From positions 2,347,324-2,411,323 of the forward strand of contig OZ316891.1 in NCBI GenBank assembly GCA_973895155.1: 64,000 nt of DNA. Direction: 5' to 3'. The notes beneath the pieces were generated by a model. The model made no database searches. It had not been told where the DNA came from and saw only the letters and a list, made by a program, of their open reading frames with translations. A program made the translations under genes and the position numbers. This document shows positions 1 to 12,462 of the stretch, piece after piece. Origin of the DNA: Marsupella aquatica (Eukaryota; Plantae; Marchantiophyta). Position 1 is the first letter of the stretch. Each line of letters begins with the position of its first letter.

Positions 1-2558
1 ATCTTGACAACTTCCTTGACAGGGCCGTCAAAGTTGTGAACTGTCTGCAACATAGACCTTACCTTTAAATTTGGCAGATTGGATGATTTATTTGAAAATA
101 ACCAATTCTCAGTTTAAGCTAAAAGAATCCAACATGGTCTTTCATGTCCAATCTATTGTCTGACAAAGTTTGAAATGTTTTTGAGATCATTTGTTTCATT
201 TGCAATGAACACAAAGACAGTCAAATATGCTAAATCGTGATTTCACTTTACATCTTCATTTTTCATGTGGGTCAACTAAAAATCGGTGTTCCTCAGTAAT
301 GACATGATGCCTCCACTTCTTTCCTGTTTAAGGTCATCAAGTTGTCAAGCTATCGAGGAGACCGGTTGGGAAATGTAACTGAAACCGACTGCAAGTGAGG
401 AGAATACTGTTTAGAGGTCACATTTCATTCATGTTGTTTGAGTCAATTTAAATGTTCTAAGCAAGTCCATCTGGGCTTCATAGACAATGTGGAGGTCCAT
501 CCGGGCTTTAGTTTACTGTTTACATTCCTTGAATGGATAATTAGACTACTTTGCTGAGAGTCCAAATTGGTAAGGTCAACTTGAAATCTTTCTTATACAA
601 GGCCAATTACAAGTTAGAGTTGGGGCCTAGACTTTTAGAGTGAAACCTCTAGATCATAACTTCATGGCTCATGATGTGGATGAGAAAACTCATGACTATC
701 ATGCATAATTTTTGTTATAATTTTTATTTACATTAAAAAGTGAGTTCAATGGCCCCACCATGACATATATACATATAAAAGAATATGATACGTTATATAT
801 AATTATTAAAATGATGACATGTATAATAATTTTTAAAATAATTTTATTAACCTTCATAAAATGTAAATAAAGAATATATTTTGGTGACATTTTTAGTCGT
901 CTCCGCTATTCACGCTCAAAGAACACTTATTCGAGAATAGTGACTAGAATTCCGCAAGAGTGCCCACATCGTTTTTGCCCTTCAATATCAGAGCAGCCGC
1001 AATTAGGGCAATGGCCAGTGGTGGTTTAAATGTGGGCTGGCCAAAGCTCCAAAAGTACAGTAACACATGCCTTGACTATACAGGGTAGAACCAACGGTAG
1101 ATGGGTAATCTAGCAAGACACCACCGATAGTCCAGTTGTAAATAAGCTGCCAGTTGGGGATTTGCCGGTTTTTTTTAGGTCAGATTACCTTATTTTAAAT
1201 ATTTCTTTCCAACAAGTTTAATGTTCAGAAGTGCTTGGTCCATGCACTCCATTGTCATCAGGTCAAATATGATAATACGTCATTTGTGATTAGGTGAGGA
1301 ACGCGTACACTATAGCATGGGACCTTTTACTAAAAAAAAACCCTATAATAATAACAAATTAGAATAATAACAACTATACATAAAATAGTCGGAAAGTAAT
1401 AGCTTTACTCGAGAACGTTGCGACATTATATAAAGTTCGTCAGGAACGAGCGAGATTCCACCGATCATGGCCACGTGCACGGGAGCGATGCACTGCAATG
1501 AATTTGTTATGTTAAATGAGATGAGATGAGATGAGATATTCCTGTTCCTCATCCTGCTGTGAAATGATTCGACTCCCACCCCTCAAGTAAGGAATCTCTC
1601 GATGTCTCGTCGCTCGCTCTACATATGCTGCAGCAGCTGTGCAAGCTATGAACAAATGAATGGACGTCGAGGCCCCCACAGGCCACAGCCGCTGAACGCC
1701 CAGACATCACGGAGCTCCCGTCGGAAAGAGAGTTTGGAGAGGAGCCCAGGTTGGAGAGGAGCTCAGGTTCGTCGTGGTGCCTTTTTCGCGCTAGGGATTG
1801 GAGTTTCGTTGGACTCGGGTGTTTGTTGCTTCGCAGGCTGTCAGCTGTGTCTTCTGTCTGTGTGAGTCGCAGAAGCATTCATGTAGAAACGAACTCGTAT
1901 TATTTTTTGAGCTGTTGTTCACCGAAAGCCCTGACGAGAGGGCGGGTGATTGAGGGTTTGTCGAACGAGAGAGCAATTTGCGCGGAATTAGGTCGCAATC
2001 TTTCTATTATTTGTCGACGCACCTGCAGATCAGGTCAGGAGTCGCTCAGCTCGAGAGGACTGTTTGAACCTCGAACGGCTTTGTGCTCGAAGTCATCATC
2101 GGAGTGAGAGCTTAATCTTCATCAAACTCGGAGTAGGAGCTCGATCTCAAAAATTGGCGTAGGAGGACGGTTTTGAAACTCGAAGCGGGAAGCTTGATCT
2201 TGAGACTTGACTGAGGAGCGTGATTTTTAGAGATCGTGTTTGATCGAGTGAGTACTACACACAGGGGGTCTTTGGCAACGAAACAGGAAGACATGCAAGC
2301 TGAACTTTGACAGAGTTGGGTTGATTGCAGCGTCGGTAGGGGGAGAACAAGAGATCAAGGCTGACCACCCTTTGTAACAGGCAGGGTTTCCCTAAAGAGG
2401 GGTCGAAACAGATCGTGGAGCAGATTACAGAGTAAGCAAGAAAGGGAAAGATAGAGGAGATCGGCCGCCACGGGGAAGTCCTTCTGGGTATACATAAAGA
2501 CCGTCTTGTTTGTAGATATCTGAAAGATCAGGTTAGAAGTGACGAAAGGGTCGATAAA

Positions 2559-4673
2559 ATGGAGGTACTGCGCAACAGGAGTGGCAGTAATAGCGGTAGT
2601 GGGAAAGAGTCCACGCTGGAGTCGGGTCTCGAACAGCGGAATGGCATTGGCCTGGAGTCGGCGCTGGCTACACAGCTTCAACAGGCCTGGTTGCAGACGC
2701 AACTCCCCAAGCGCAATGTTCCGAGGACCGATTTCCTCTCCCCTCTCCCTTCCCCCGATTACCAATTTCGAGACTCGCCAGACCCCTTCCAGCAGCAGTT
2801 ACAACTACAGCAGCAGCAGCAGTATGCCACGGCTTCGTCACGAAATTCTTCATTCTCGCAACACTCTCCCAGCTCGATCCTATCTCGATCTTCTCCGCAA
2901 CACTCCCCTGATACCTTCTCGGAGGCTTACTCTAGTTCAGAAGGGGGATCCGCAGTAAATAGCGGAAGACAGGATGAGGTCGCAGGAGAAGACTCGGAAC
3001 CTATGGAAGATGACATGATGCTGCAATTCTTATCGGACATGCTGATGGACGAGGAAATGGCCGAACAGAAGTGCATGTACGTGCAGTGCAGTGCCTACCA
3101 GGCGATGAATAAGGAGCTTGCAGATCTTATCGGAGACGGGAGTGCGACTGAGGAAAATGTGTATGACCCTCGTGGCGTTTCTACTGCTGAATATGATGAC
3201 GCAAAGAAGGAAGAGAAGGATACAGCAGTGAATAGTTGGATTGATGAAGTCCTCAACTCGAATCCAAATGATTTCTTTCACGAGGAACGAGGTAGGGAGT
3301 CCCGCGGCAGCGTTAGCTCCATTCTTGCTGACGAGGTCTCTTCTATCGCTACTGGAATCACCAACATATCGACCGGATCACCCAAGTCTCGGTCTACTAG
3401 TTCTATTCCGAACGAAGCTACTCCTGCTGCAGCTTCTGTCATCGACAACTCAAACGATGCTTTTGCTTGCCCCTACCTAGAAAATGATCGGCCCGAAAAT
3501 CCTGTTGTAGATTACACCAATGGTAGGAGTGGAATAGAGTCTTTAGTCGACCTGTATCCGTTGCTCATGCAATGTGCGCAGGCGGTGGCTACTGAGAATG
3601 TTGGGGGAGCTCATCAATTAATCAACCATCTTCGCCAGAAGACTTCACCGTTCGGTGATGGAGGGCAACGGTTGGCCTACTACGTCGTTGAGGCGCTCGT
3701 AGCTCGGTTGTCTGGTACAGGTGGCCAGCTGTATACGGCTCTCACTGGAAATCGGCCCAGTGCGGTGGAGATGATCAAGGCTAATCGTTTGTTCGTGAAC
3801 TGCAATCCTTTGCCGAAGGTCGCCCATTTTTTCTCGAACGCCACTATTCTGAAAGCCGTCGTTGGGTCGGATCGAATCCATATTGTCGACTATGGCATTC
3901 TGTATGGGATTCAATGGCCTTGCTTTCTTAAGAAATTATCTATGAGGGAAGGAGGTCCTCCTCATGTGAGAATCACAGGTATAGATTTCGCGCAGCCTGG
4001 GTTCCAAAAGAACGATAGGGTGGAGGAGACAGGCAAGCGGCTTCAGGCCAAGGCCAAGGAATTTGGTATAGACTTGGAGTTTCATGCCATAGCTGGGAAA
4101 TGGGAAAATATTACCTCTGCACAACTGCAGCTTAGGGATGATGAAACTCTTGTCGTCAATTGCATCTTTCGGCTTAGGAACCTGTTGGACGAGACTGTGA
4201 TGGCGTCCAGTCCGCGCAAGATGGTTCTATCGAGGATTCATAGTCTGAATCCTAAGGTCTTCGTCATGGGGGTCATCTCGCTGGGGTTAAATTCTCCATT
4301 CTTTATGGCTCGCTTCCGAGAAACGGTTAACGGCTTCTCGGCTATGTTCGACGCTATTCACACGACGGTGCCTCCAGATAGTGACTTGAGGCGGCTTGCA
4401 GAGAAGGAGGTTCTAGGCCGACAGATTCTCAACATCATTGCTTGCGAGGGTACCGAAAGAATAGAGCGGTCGGAGACCTACAGACACTGGCAATCGAGAT
4501 CTCTCAACGCAGGCCTTAAGCAGCTGCCTCTGGATCCTGCCATCACCGCTAGGGCCGAAGAGTTGTTGAAGACCTACAATAAAAATTATGCAATTGCCGT
4601 GGATGGTAATTGGCTCCTGAGCGGGTGGAAAGAGCGCGTGCTCCATGCCCTTACAGCATGGACAAGTACATAA
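2559..4673 (+). CDS. GRAS transcription factor, LISCL (SCL14/SCL9-like) subfamily, intronless, 704 aa
   Basis: GRAS motifs LLMQCAQAVA, GDGGQRLAYY, IHIVDYGILYGIQWP (VHIID), RITGID, LVVNCIFRLRNLLDET, NIIACEGTERIERSETY, GWKERVLHALTAW (SAW). The N-terminal acidic motif FLSDMLMDEE..KCMY...AYQAMNKELADLIG is characteristic of LISCL. Confidence 0.95.
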   Translation: MEVLRNRSGSNSGSGKESTLESGLEQRNGIGLESALATQLQQAWLQTQLPKRNVPRTDFLSPLPSPDYQFRDSPDPFQQQLQLQQQQQYATASSRNSSFSQHSPSSILSRSSPQHSPDTFSEAYSSSEGGSAVNSGRQDEVAGEDSEPMEDDMMLQFLSDMLMDEEMAEQKCMYVQCSAYQAMNKELADLIGDGSATEENVYDPRGVSTAEYDDAKKEEKDTAVNSWIDEVLNSNPNDFFHEERGRESRGSVSSILADEVSSIATGITNISTGSPKSRSTSSIPNEATPAAASVIDNSNDAFACPYLENDRPENPVVDYTNGRSGIESLVDLYPLLMQCAQAVATENVGGAHQLINHLRQKTSPFGDGGQRLAYYVVEALVARLSGTGGQLYTALTGNRPSAVEMIKANRLFVNCNPLPKVAHFFSNATILKAVVGSDRIHIVDYGILYGIQWPCFLKKLSMREGGPPHVRITGIDFAQPGFQKNDRVEETGKRLQAKAKEFGIDLEFHAIAGKWENITSAQLQLRDDETLVVNCIFRLRNLLDETVMASSPRKMVLSRIHSLNPKVFVMGVISLGLNSPFFMARFRETVNGFSAMFDAIHTTVPPDSDLRRLAEKEVLGRQILNIIACEGTERIERSETYRHWQSRSLNAGLKQLPLDPAITARAEELLKTYNKNYAIAVDGNWLLSGWKERVLHALTAWTST

Positions 4674-5636
4674 GACCGATGGCTCCGTGGGCCTTTTTCG
4701 CGGAGTGACGTTTCGTCTGGTCATGCAAACATTTTGGAGACCTGTACAAAATGAAATATATATTACTTCTAGTGTTTGTGTAGCGGCGGACTGGCGCTAA
4801 ATGCTGAGAGCAAATTGCTGAGAGGGTAGAGAGCTCTGGCCCCGCCTCCAGCTCTGCCTCGCGATTTTGTAGCATGAAGCCTATGATTTGCGACCATCAA
4901 TCGGAGTTTCTCCTATCACACGTTTGTGTAATTCACTTGACGTTTCTCGTGTTTTGTCTGTGGAAGCGTGCGTGCATTTTTCCTGCGTACAGCCTCTCAT
5001 TTCTGCCCACCTTGTAACGCCGTCTGGTCATTCGACTGACATGCCAGATCTTACATTCTAGTTTGTTGCCACGAAAACGTTCTATATGTATTATGGGATT
5101 TTAAATCGCTTAACGTTTTTCTAACGTTTGTGTACAATTACAGATTCTGTGATGGAGTTCCATGGACCCGTAATAAGTATATTCATTGACGTACGTTGCG
5201 TTCTTCTTAGTTCCAAGCTTTTTACTCACGGCACTTTATCCGGATGCCGTCATGCCCGGTTTTCATCTTTCTATTAGTGATTGTCGAATGGTTTTCGTTC
5301 TGCTGATTCTGCCACACACGGGCGGGGTATGCGAAATTTGACTCTGCTCTCAAAGAGTTTATTGTTCAATTCGATACAAGTTCGTGAGTACATATAACAT
5401 TCTACGCTGGGAACATGCTTGCCTTGACCTAGTAATGAACCAGAGATGATTGATTCCGCAACTGCTTGCAAATATAACATCAATTAATTGAGACTTCCTT
5501 TTCGCACAATTCATGTCGAATATCTTTTCCGTGTCACTCTAACACTATTCACGGTTTCTGTGTGGTACTGGCACATGTTTAAAGTATATATCAAACTGCC
5601 AAAGAGCAGGGGGCGCTGAACCGGGAGACAGAATCC

Positions 5637-5820
5637 CACAGGCCAAAATACACAATCAAGGGAAAACAAGAAAAAAGGCCAAATGTTCAAAGGTATTCAC
5701 AGGCCAAAATACCCAATCAAGGGAAAACAAGAAAAAAAGCCAAATGTTCAAAGGTATTCATAGGCCAAAATACCCGATCACGGGAAAACAAGAAAAAAGG
5801 CCAAATGTTCAAAGGTATTC
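5637..5820. repeat. Tandem repeat, 3 copies of a ~61-bp unit
   Basis: Unit CACAGGCCAAAATACCCAATCAAGGGAAAACAAGAAAAAAGGCCAAATGTTCAAAGGTATT occurs three times with few mismatches. Confidence 0.9.
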
Positions 5821-8800
5821 TCAATGACGTACATTGTCTTCCTTTCTCGAAGCTTGCAAGGACAAGGACATGTCAAATGTCTTCATGCTGGGTTTTCATT
5901 ATTCCTGGTTTTACTTCGCAAATGTTTCCGCTCACAGGGTCCAAGTACCCTGTGGAGGGGTTGATGTCAGCTTTCCACATCTTCTGCTGTGCATTTTTCT
6001 GCTTAATCCGTCCAAGTCAGTTGAGTGCAAGGTGTGCCAGAGGTCACCGTTCCGACAGTTTTGTGTGGTCTTCACATTTCATCGAAAGAGAGCAATTCAT
6101 ACTCTCATTCTAACGTCAGTATCGATTTTAATCAGAGAATGCCATTTCATCAGCTCTCATCCCGAGTCAATCTCCAAGCTGACGATTTTGCCGGTAACTT
6201 GGCATATCGTGGACCATAACTATGGTAAAGCATTACATTACGGATTCGGCCGTTTTAGGAGCTGGAACACATCAGGCTCATAAGGATACGAGAATACTAG
6301 GTTCATAACGATAGGAATGTCGATTGGTATCGATTAGCGTCTTGGTAAATTGCCATACTCGTGAGACTGAAATATGCGACCTCCGATACAGGCTGTGACA
6401 GACGAAATCGTTGATAGGGCTTCCCATTGCAATGAATTCGTCTGAACTTACTGAGTTTGTCAAATACAGTGTAGTATGTATAAGTGCATCTTGTATAAGT
6501 GCAGTGTGTATAACTGCATTCTGTGGGTAACTGCAAGGTGGTAGTGTAATCCCTCAATAATACAACAAATTCCTTTGTAAATGCATCAAAAAGTGCATAA
6601 CGTCTGTAAGTGTAGGTTCCCCATCACTAACTGACAAATACATAAGGGCATTTTCTGTCAATAAGAACACAGATGCATTAATCAATATATGTTGGAAGCA
6701 TTTATTGATAAGTGCAAAAAACAACTACACATTGTAGTATTATGCACTTATTCAGTTGAATCGTGCACTATGACAATTCTGGGTGTGAGAAGCCGATGCG
6801 TATGACCTGACAAGACATTTGTGGAAGTGCATAAGTGATTTCATAGGCACTTATTGGAAAGTGCAACAGACACATATGGAGAAGTGCAACATGTACTTAT
6901 GATGAAGTGCATAAGGTGGATAACTGCAGGCTTGGGGTGTCATCCTAGGAGCCTGCACTTAAACAAGGTAAACTGTACAGTCCAGGATTGAGTTCACTAA
7001 TTTGAGGCTTGGTGTTTTGCACACTCTACTCACACTTTGTCATATTTTGGCATAATTAGAGACTTTATCTGTGGGGGCCTCGTCTTACCAGTGTTTTGGC
7101 TTGGCCTCTTTGAAGTTATCTCTCCCCTGGCTTGTTATCTACATCACTATAATCGACTTGTGACTCTCTATTATCACTTTTGTAAATGGGCTTTGGCCTC
7201 TTTGAACTGTGCTTCCCCTTGGCTTGTTATCAAAATCTCGATAATCAATAAATGACTCGATGTGAGACTTGTAAACGCCATAATCAAAATACCAATTTCA
7301 AACAGAGCGGGGTCCAATGTCAGCTTTCCAGAAAGAGCGGGAGCTAATGTCAGCTTTCAAATGTACAAATATTTTCGGAAAGAGGTAGAGCTAATGTCAA
7401 CTTTCAGATGTGTCAAATCTTTTCTTTCATCATTTGATTGCCAGAATACTTTTAAGAGACAAAGTATGCAATATATTGTTATCTCATGGTCTGCTTATGA
7501 AATGTTATCATGGTCTGTTTATGAAATGTTATTGTGATGAAAACTTTCCCTAATTGTAGAAATATGGTGACATTTTGTTCCCAACCATTTTGATCCTATA
7601 GTGTCAAATTGCCAAGCCATTTCACTTATGTTTGACAACACTTCCATTCAATATCACTTATTATTAACAATACTTTGCAAAGTAGGGGCATTGAGTTTAG
7701 TCATTTAATACAGGACTTGAATATAGCCTTGGGCTAGAGGTAGAGGAGAAGGGGAAAATTAGGGTCATTTATGTTTAACCTTTTCTTACTCAACTAAAAT
7801 GGTTCTTAGCCATTGGATTGCAAACCTCTTTTTCTTTGCAAAGAAAAACTATAATATACAATGCTGTCAACATTCTCCTATGGTGGGTGTATCGAACACA
7901 ACGATTCCATCCCGTCAAATTTATCCTTGGGCATTTCTAAGCTGTCATATTGTCCATAAGGGCCACTCCAACAACCATTTGGAAGCCTGTGTAAAGTCAC
8001 AAGAAAATACAGCAGTTAGATAAATCAAGCACTGGATAACAAAGAGATAGTGGTGATGGTGAAAACCGTCACAGTCTTTAGATCAAGGGATGAAATAGGA
8101 TGTTTAAGGGTACATTTGAGACTAAAGGTACTTAAAGTTCATCAGGTGTTCTTTTTGTATTTTCGCTTAGCTGTTTCTGTGCCACTGCGGTATTTCACTG
8201 CACCGTATTGTCATAGTTTTCCCCTCTGCAGAGGGAGCAGGAGGGGTGGGGTGGCAAGGATGGGGGGAGGGGGAAAGAGGAGGGAAAATGTAACCAAGGG
8301 GGTGTTAGGTTGTGCTAGAGGAGTAGCCAGTAGGTCCACATGGAGGTATATCCGCTTCACTTTCCATTGGGCTAGCTGGACGGATAATTTTGAATGAATA
8401 AATTAGTTTATAATCTTTTTGTTTGTTTCAAAGCTCGTCATCTTACTTGTTTCAAAGCTCATCGTAAGCTCATAATCTTTGCTTATTCCAAGCTAATTTA
8501 GGTGAACGGCAGATATCTTCACGTGGGTTACACCACACGTATACACGTATGCAAGCTCGGTCCGAGCATGAGCATGGTACGCCTCCTGACTCGGCTCGAT
8601 CCAGGCTGGAGTTTGTCTGGTCTTCATGCGGAGATGGAAAGCAGATTGCATGCAATGTCGTGGCTCTGTAGAGAGATCCAACACGCCAAAGCATCGAAGT
8701 CAGAACTCACTAAGGTAGTAAGGTGTCACTCATTCCCTGGTCAATTTCCAGCATTAGTTCACGAATTCCTATACTAAAATCTCATAATTCTGTTGGGAGA

Positions 8801-8912
8801 GCGTAGGAATGTCAATTGGTCTAAATTCGACGGTTTGACGCATTGCCATTCCGGAAACTTCATTTTGCAACCATTATCCGTTAGTACAGCACTGCCGACA
8901 TTATTTTCACCA

Positions 8913-9372
8913 AATTCTCCGGATAATCCCGTCCACGAAAATTAGGGAGAACAGTTCCGCCCGCAAGCTTTGAGAACACGTCGACGAGATTTGGAGAAGT
9001 TTTCAATTCACTCCAGAGTATTCAGATAATTTCTGCCTTCGAGTGCTCAAAATTAACCCCCGACTTTGATTTGACAGGTTCTCCAGATTCTCGCATCGAT
9101 ATTAGGGAGACTGGTTTCGCATGCAAGCTTCGAAGGCACGGAAGCGATTTAGAAAAGTTTCTCGACTTAGTCCACACTAGTCAGATGATTGCGGCCTTCA
9201 ATAGCTGAAAATCAGCTACCGATTGTAATGTGACAAGACAGTTCCTCCAGTGAGTTCTCCAGTTTTCCTCAACGAACAGGTCTCGCTTTGAAGGGACGAA
9301 GAGGTTTGAAGAAGTTTCAACGTTTACCAGAGTACTGAATGATTGCAGCCTTCCAGAGCTCAAACCAACCAT
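8913..9372. repeat. Degenerate tandem array, about 3 units of ~160 bp
   Basis: Recurrent blocks TTCTCC(G/A)G..., ATTAGGGAGA (8941, 9101), GCTT(T/C)GA...GAAGTTT, and ATGATTGC(G/A)GCCTTC (9185, 9339). Confidence 0.65.
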
Positions 9373-9975
9373 GAAAACAAGTCGGTTACTAGTAAGGAGA
9401 GCCCTCCACGGCACTCGTCAGAGTGATTCGGTCTAGCGGAAGGTTGACGTGATCAAAAATCGAAACCCTTCACGATAACCCTGTGTGGCAGTCTACCGGA
9501 TCGCCTGTGTGCTAATATTGAAAAGGCTATTATTGGAGTGCAGTTAAGAAAGCTTTTAACTTGTGCTTGCAACTCGTATCCTCAATCTCGATCACCGAAC
9601 GAATCGATTTTCATTGCATTTGAAGTGCAAACAAGTGACACAGTCTGACCTGCACGAAATTGATTCAGATCACACGAACCTTTAGTCTTCATTGTGATCG
9701 GTGGTGAAGAAACGAAGTTTGCCATAGTTACTCTTTTATTAACGAGATCAATATGGTACACTGTCAACTAATTTCATAAACTTAACACAATTACTATATT
9801 TGAACATCTGCAAGTACAAATTTCACATGCATGCTTGTAGAAATCGCGCACATGTGTGCTCGTTGCAGTTGCATACAACTCGCGCATGTGTGCTCCTAAT
9901 TGCACAGCTCGAGATAGGATGTATATCTGTGAACTTTGGCATCAAGAAAATGGCCTGGTGATCATAATTCTTGGA

Positions 9976-10692
9976 TCAGACATTGAGAGCAGCAGCAGGG
10001 GGTCCACGGCCCCCCATCAAAGGTTCATGACCGGCGTCGAAATCCGACACTGCCCGGTGACCTCTGCCGAGATACGCCATGCAGGAAATCGTAAGCAACG
10101 CCAGTCCCGTTCCGGTGAGATCCGCTCCGAAGAAAATCGCAATTAGTCCGTACCCAAACCTGTTGCCGATGAGGAGAGCAACGGCGGACAGAGCAATGGA
10201 CGCCAGTCCACTCACCAGCACGGCAGGCCAGGTCGTCACGGAGCTTACTTGGCAGGACATCAGCACTTTGATGACACCGTGAGCCAAAAACCACGCGGCG
10301 AAGAGGAAGGTGAACCTCTTGTTCGCCTCAGCAGGTTGCAGAAGGATGAACAAACCAGACGCCATATGTATAGCACCGAGCAACAGAAACGAGGTCGTCC
10401 CGGGCGCGCCGCAGATCAGGATGAACTGCAAGAGCGTGATGGCGCCACCGAGCACCAGCAGCCATGCCAACAGGGACAGAACCTCGACTCCGAACAACAG
10501 CGGAAACACAATGGCAATCACTCCCACCACTGCGAATACCAATCCGTAAACCGTGTAGTACAACGTAAGCCTCTCCAAGTGCTCTTCAGCCACTTCTCCT
10601 GTCAAAGGTCGAATCGGAATGCTGAGGTAGTAAGTCCTTCCTCCGGGATACCCCGGATACGACTTCTTTGCCCGTTCATTATTGTCCGCCAT
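9976..10692 (-). CDS. HdeD/DUF308-family multi-pass membrane protein, intronless, 238 aa
   Basis: About six hydrophobic segments in the DUF308 pattern: G.V..V.G..AI..P; LAWLLVLGG; LG......G..ILL.P; FLFAAWFLAHG; W..VLVSG..SI; IAIFFGADL..TG. ATG start, single ORF. Confidence 0.85.
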   Translation of the reverse strand: MADNNERAKKSYPGYPGGRTYYLSIPIRPLTGEVAEEHLERLTLYYTVYGLVFAVVGVIAIVFPLLFGVEVLSLLAWLLVLGGAITLLQFILICGAPGTTSFLLLGAIHMASGLFILLQPAEANKRFTFLFAAWFLAHGVIKVLMSCQVSSVTTWPAVLVSGLASIALSAVALLIGNRFGYGLIAIFFGADLTGTGLALLTISCMAYLGRGHRAVSDFDAGHEPLMGGRGPPAAALNV

Positions 10693-12119
10693 TTCGCTCC
10701 ACCGAACTTCTGAAACCCTCGTACCAAGTCTGCTCGACGGATTGAAAATCTAGACCCGACACATGAAAATTGGGACTCCTGCTTCTCAATCCCTAGTCGG
10801 TGCCAAGCTCCACTCTCCACATCTACACTGTCGTCGATCTCTATGTACAACCGCGGCACCAGATGTGTCCTCGAGTGATTATGTGAAGCAAATTATAACC
10901 TCGTCAATGTACACAGGGAGGGGGAACTATGCGGAGCCACCATGCATTATACGGTTGCTGTCTCCAACACCATCGATACGGAGCGGACAGGGGGGAAGCT
11001 TTGCGCCATCCTACGTCTCGAGTCGACATGCTGTGCTGGAGCTGCGCGAGCCATGTGTCACGGAGCATGCCCGTCTAATCCATTTGTTCGGCTCCTATCG
11101 AACTCGAAACTTTTTGTGTCGATTTGGTGTCCATGACAGGTGTTGAGCGAAAGTGCCACATTGGCAACACACCTGTTCAGACAACTCGAGGGCAACAGGG
11201 CAAAAGGCCCACACTGACCATACCATGCTGCCGTCCACTAACTATCACTTCTTACTATACCAGTCTCGTGACCAAAAGCTTTGTGGTCAGAATAGATTGA
11301 ACTAATATCTAGAGTTACTAACGCCTAGAGATAATAAGTAATACTTTTGAATCAATATCTAGAATTCGTGAGGTATTGACAACAATATATAATCTCACGA
11401 ATTGTATTTGGCCCCGTCACAATTTGGGGTGAATTAAGGTTCTAACCAACCATCAACTTCTACATGTTAGACCAGGTGTTGAAATTGTGCAAATCCTTTG
11501 AAGGGTGGCTTTACCACAAGTCACCAAAAATTCTTATTTCTACTTTGTGCACTGCACTGGAGATTTTATGCGCAGTGAAAGAAAGAGTAGGATTTAGAGA
11601 GAAGAAGAAAGGTCAAGCATTGAGTGACAAGAGAATGCAATTGAAATGGAAGCTACTGTAGATGCGTGGACTGAAGATGCGTGGACTGATGAGGAGATGG
11701 AAATTCCGAGTGGGATGGTACTTGTGTCAAGGAAGAGCTTATATGCTGTGTGCAGCTCTGGATGTGCAATTCATTCGTCACTATCTTTGCCCCATGACTG
11801 AAGCAACTGTGCAGACCAAGGAAGAACAAGGATTTGCCACTTCAAGTATCAGCAAATCTAACAATCAGAATTCCTCTCCATAAGATGGTTCCTTGGGGAA
11901 CTTATTTCCTCTTATTTTCCTCCTAGCCATCATGCACAATAACTTATAAGAATTATATAAGAGCATAAGGAACCATCTTATGAGTCTCCACTTATTTTCC
12001 TCCGAGCCATCATGCACAAATAAGTACAATGTTTTTTTATTGGGTTCAGCAAAAGACTTATAGATTTTTGTGGAAGCACATAAGGGGTCTTTAAATCCAA
12101 TTTCTGAGGATTTGAGGTA

Positions 12120-12448
12120 TGTTAGATATTGCTCTAGTCTTGTAACTCATGAGCTAACTCGGGTTAGGACTTAGCTAATGTTAGCGGTAATGCTGTTGTG
12201 AATATAGCCAGGGCTGATGCCAGACCTTGGTGAAACTTAGGCTCATTATTACGGAGCTAGTTGAGAGATAGGGAGAGCTTGTGCTGTGGATACTTGGTAT
12301 GGCCGTTCAGCCTAGAGTGCAGTAAAGCTCTTGTGTGTTCCCGTGGATTTAGCCTCATGTGGAGGTGAACCACGTATCTCTCTGTGTCGACTCTTGTGCG
12401 TTGGATGGTTCATGGGCTTGCCGCTGCGATTGTCATCTATGCTCAACA
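12120..12448 (+). repeat. 5' LTR (329 bp)
   Basis: Starts TGTTAGATATTG, ends TATGCTCAACA, and is followed by the PBS. About 28 substitutions versus the 3' LTR by manual alignment. Confidence 0.95.
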
Positions 12449-12450
12449 AA

Positions 12451-12462
12451 TGGTATCAGAGC
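12451..12462 (+). promoter_or_regulatory. Primer-binding site complementary to initiator tRNA-Met
   Basis: TGGTATCAGAGC two nt after the 5' LTR end; the canonical plant copia PBS. Confidence 0.95.

Noticed and set aside
2559-4673. miR171 target site in the GRAS gene
   Set aside because: No GATATTGGCGCGGCTCAATCA-like site seen; the gene is LISCL rather than HAM type.
8242-8285. G-quadruplex-capable G-run cluster
   Set aside because: Intergenic, with one long loop and no functional context to support it.
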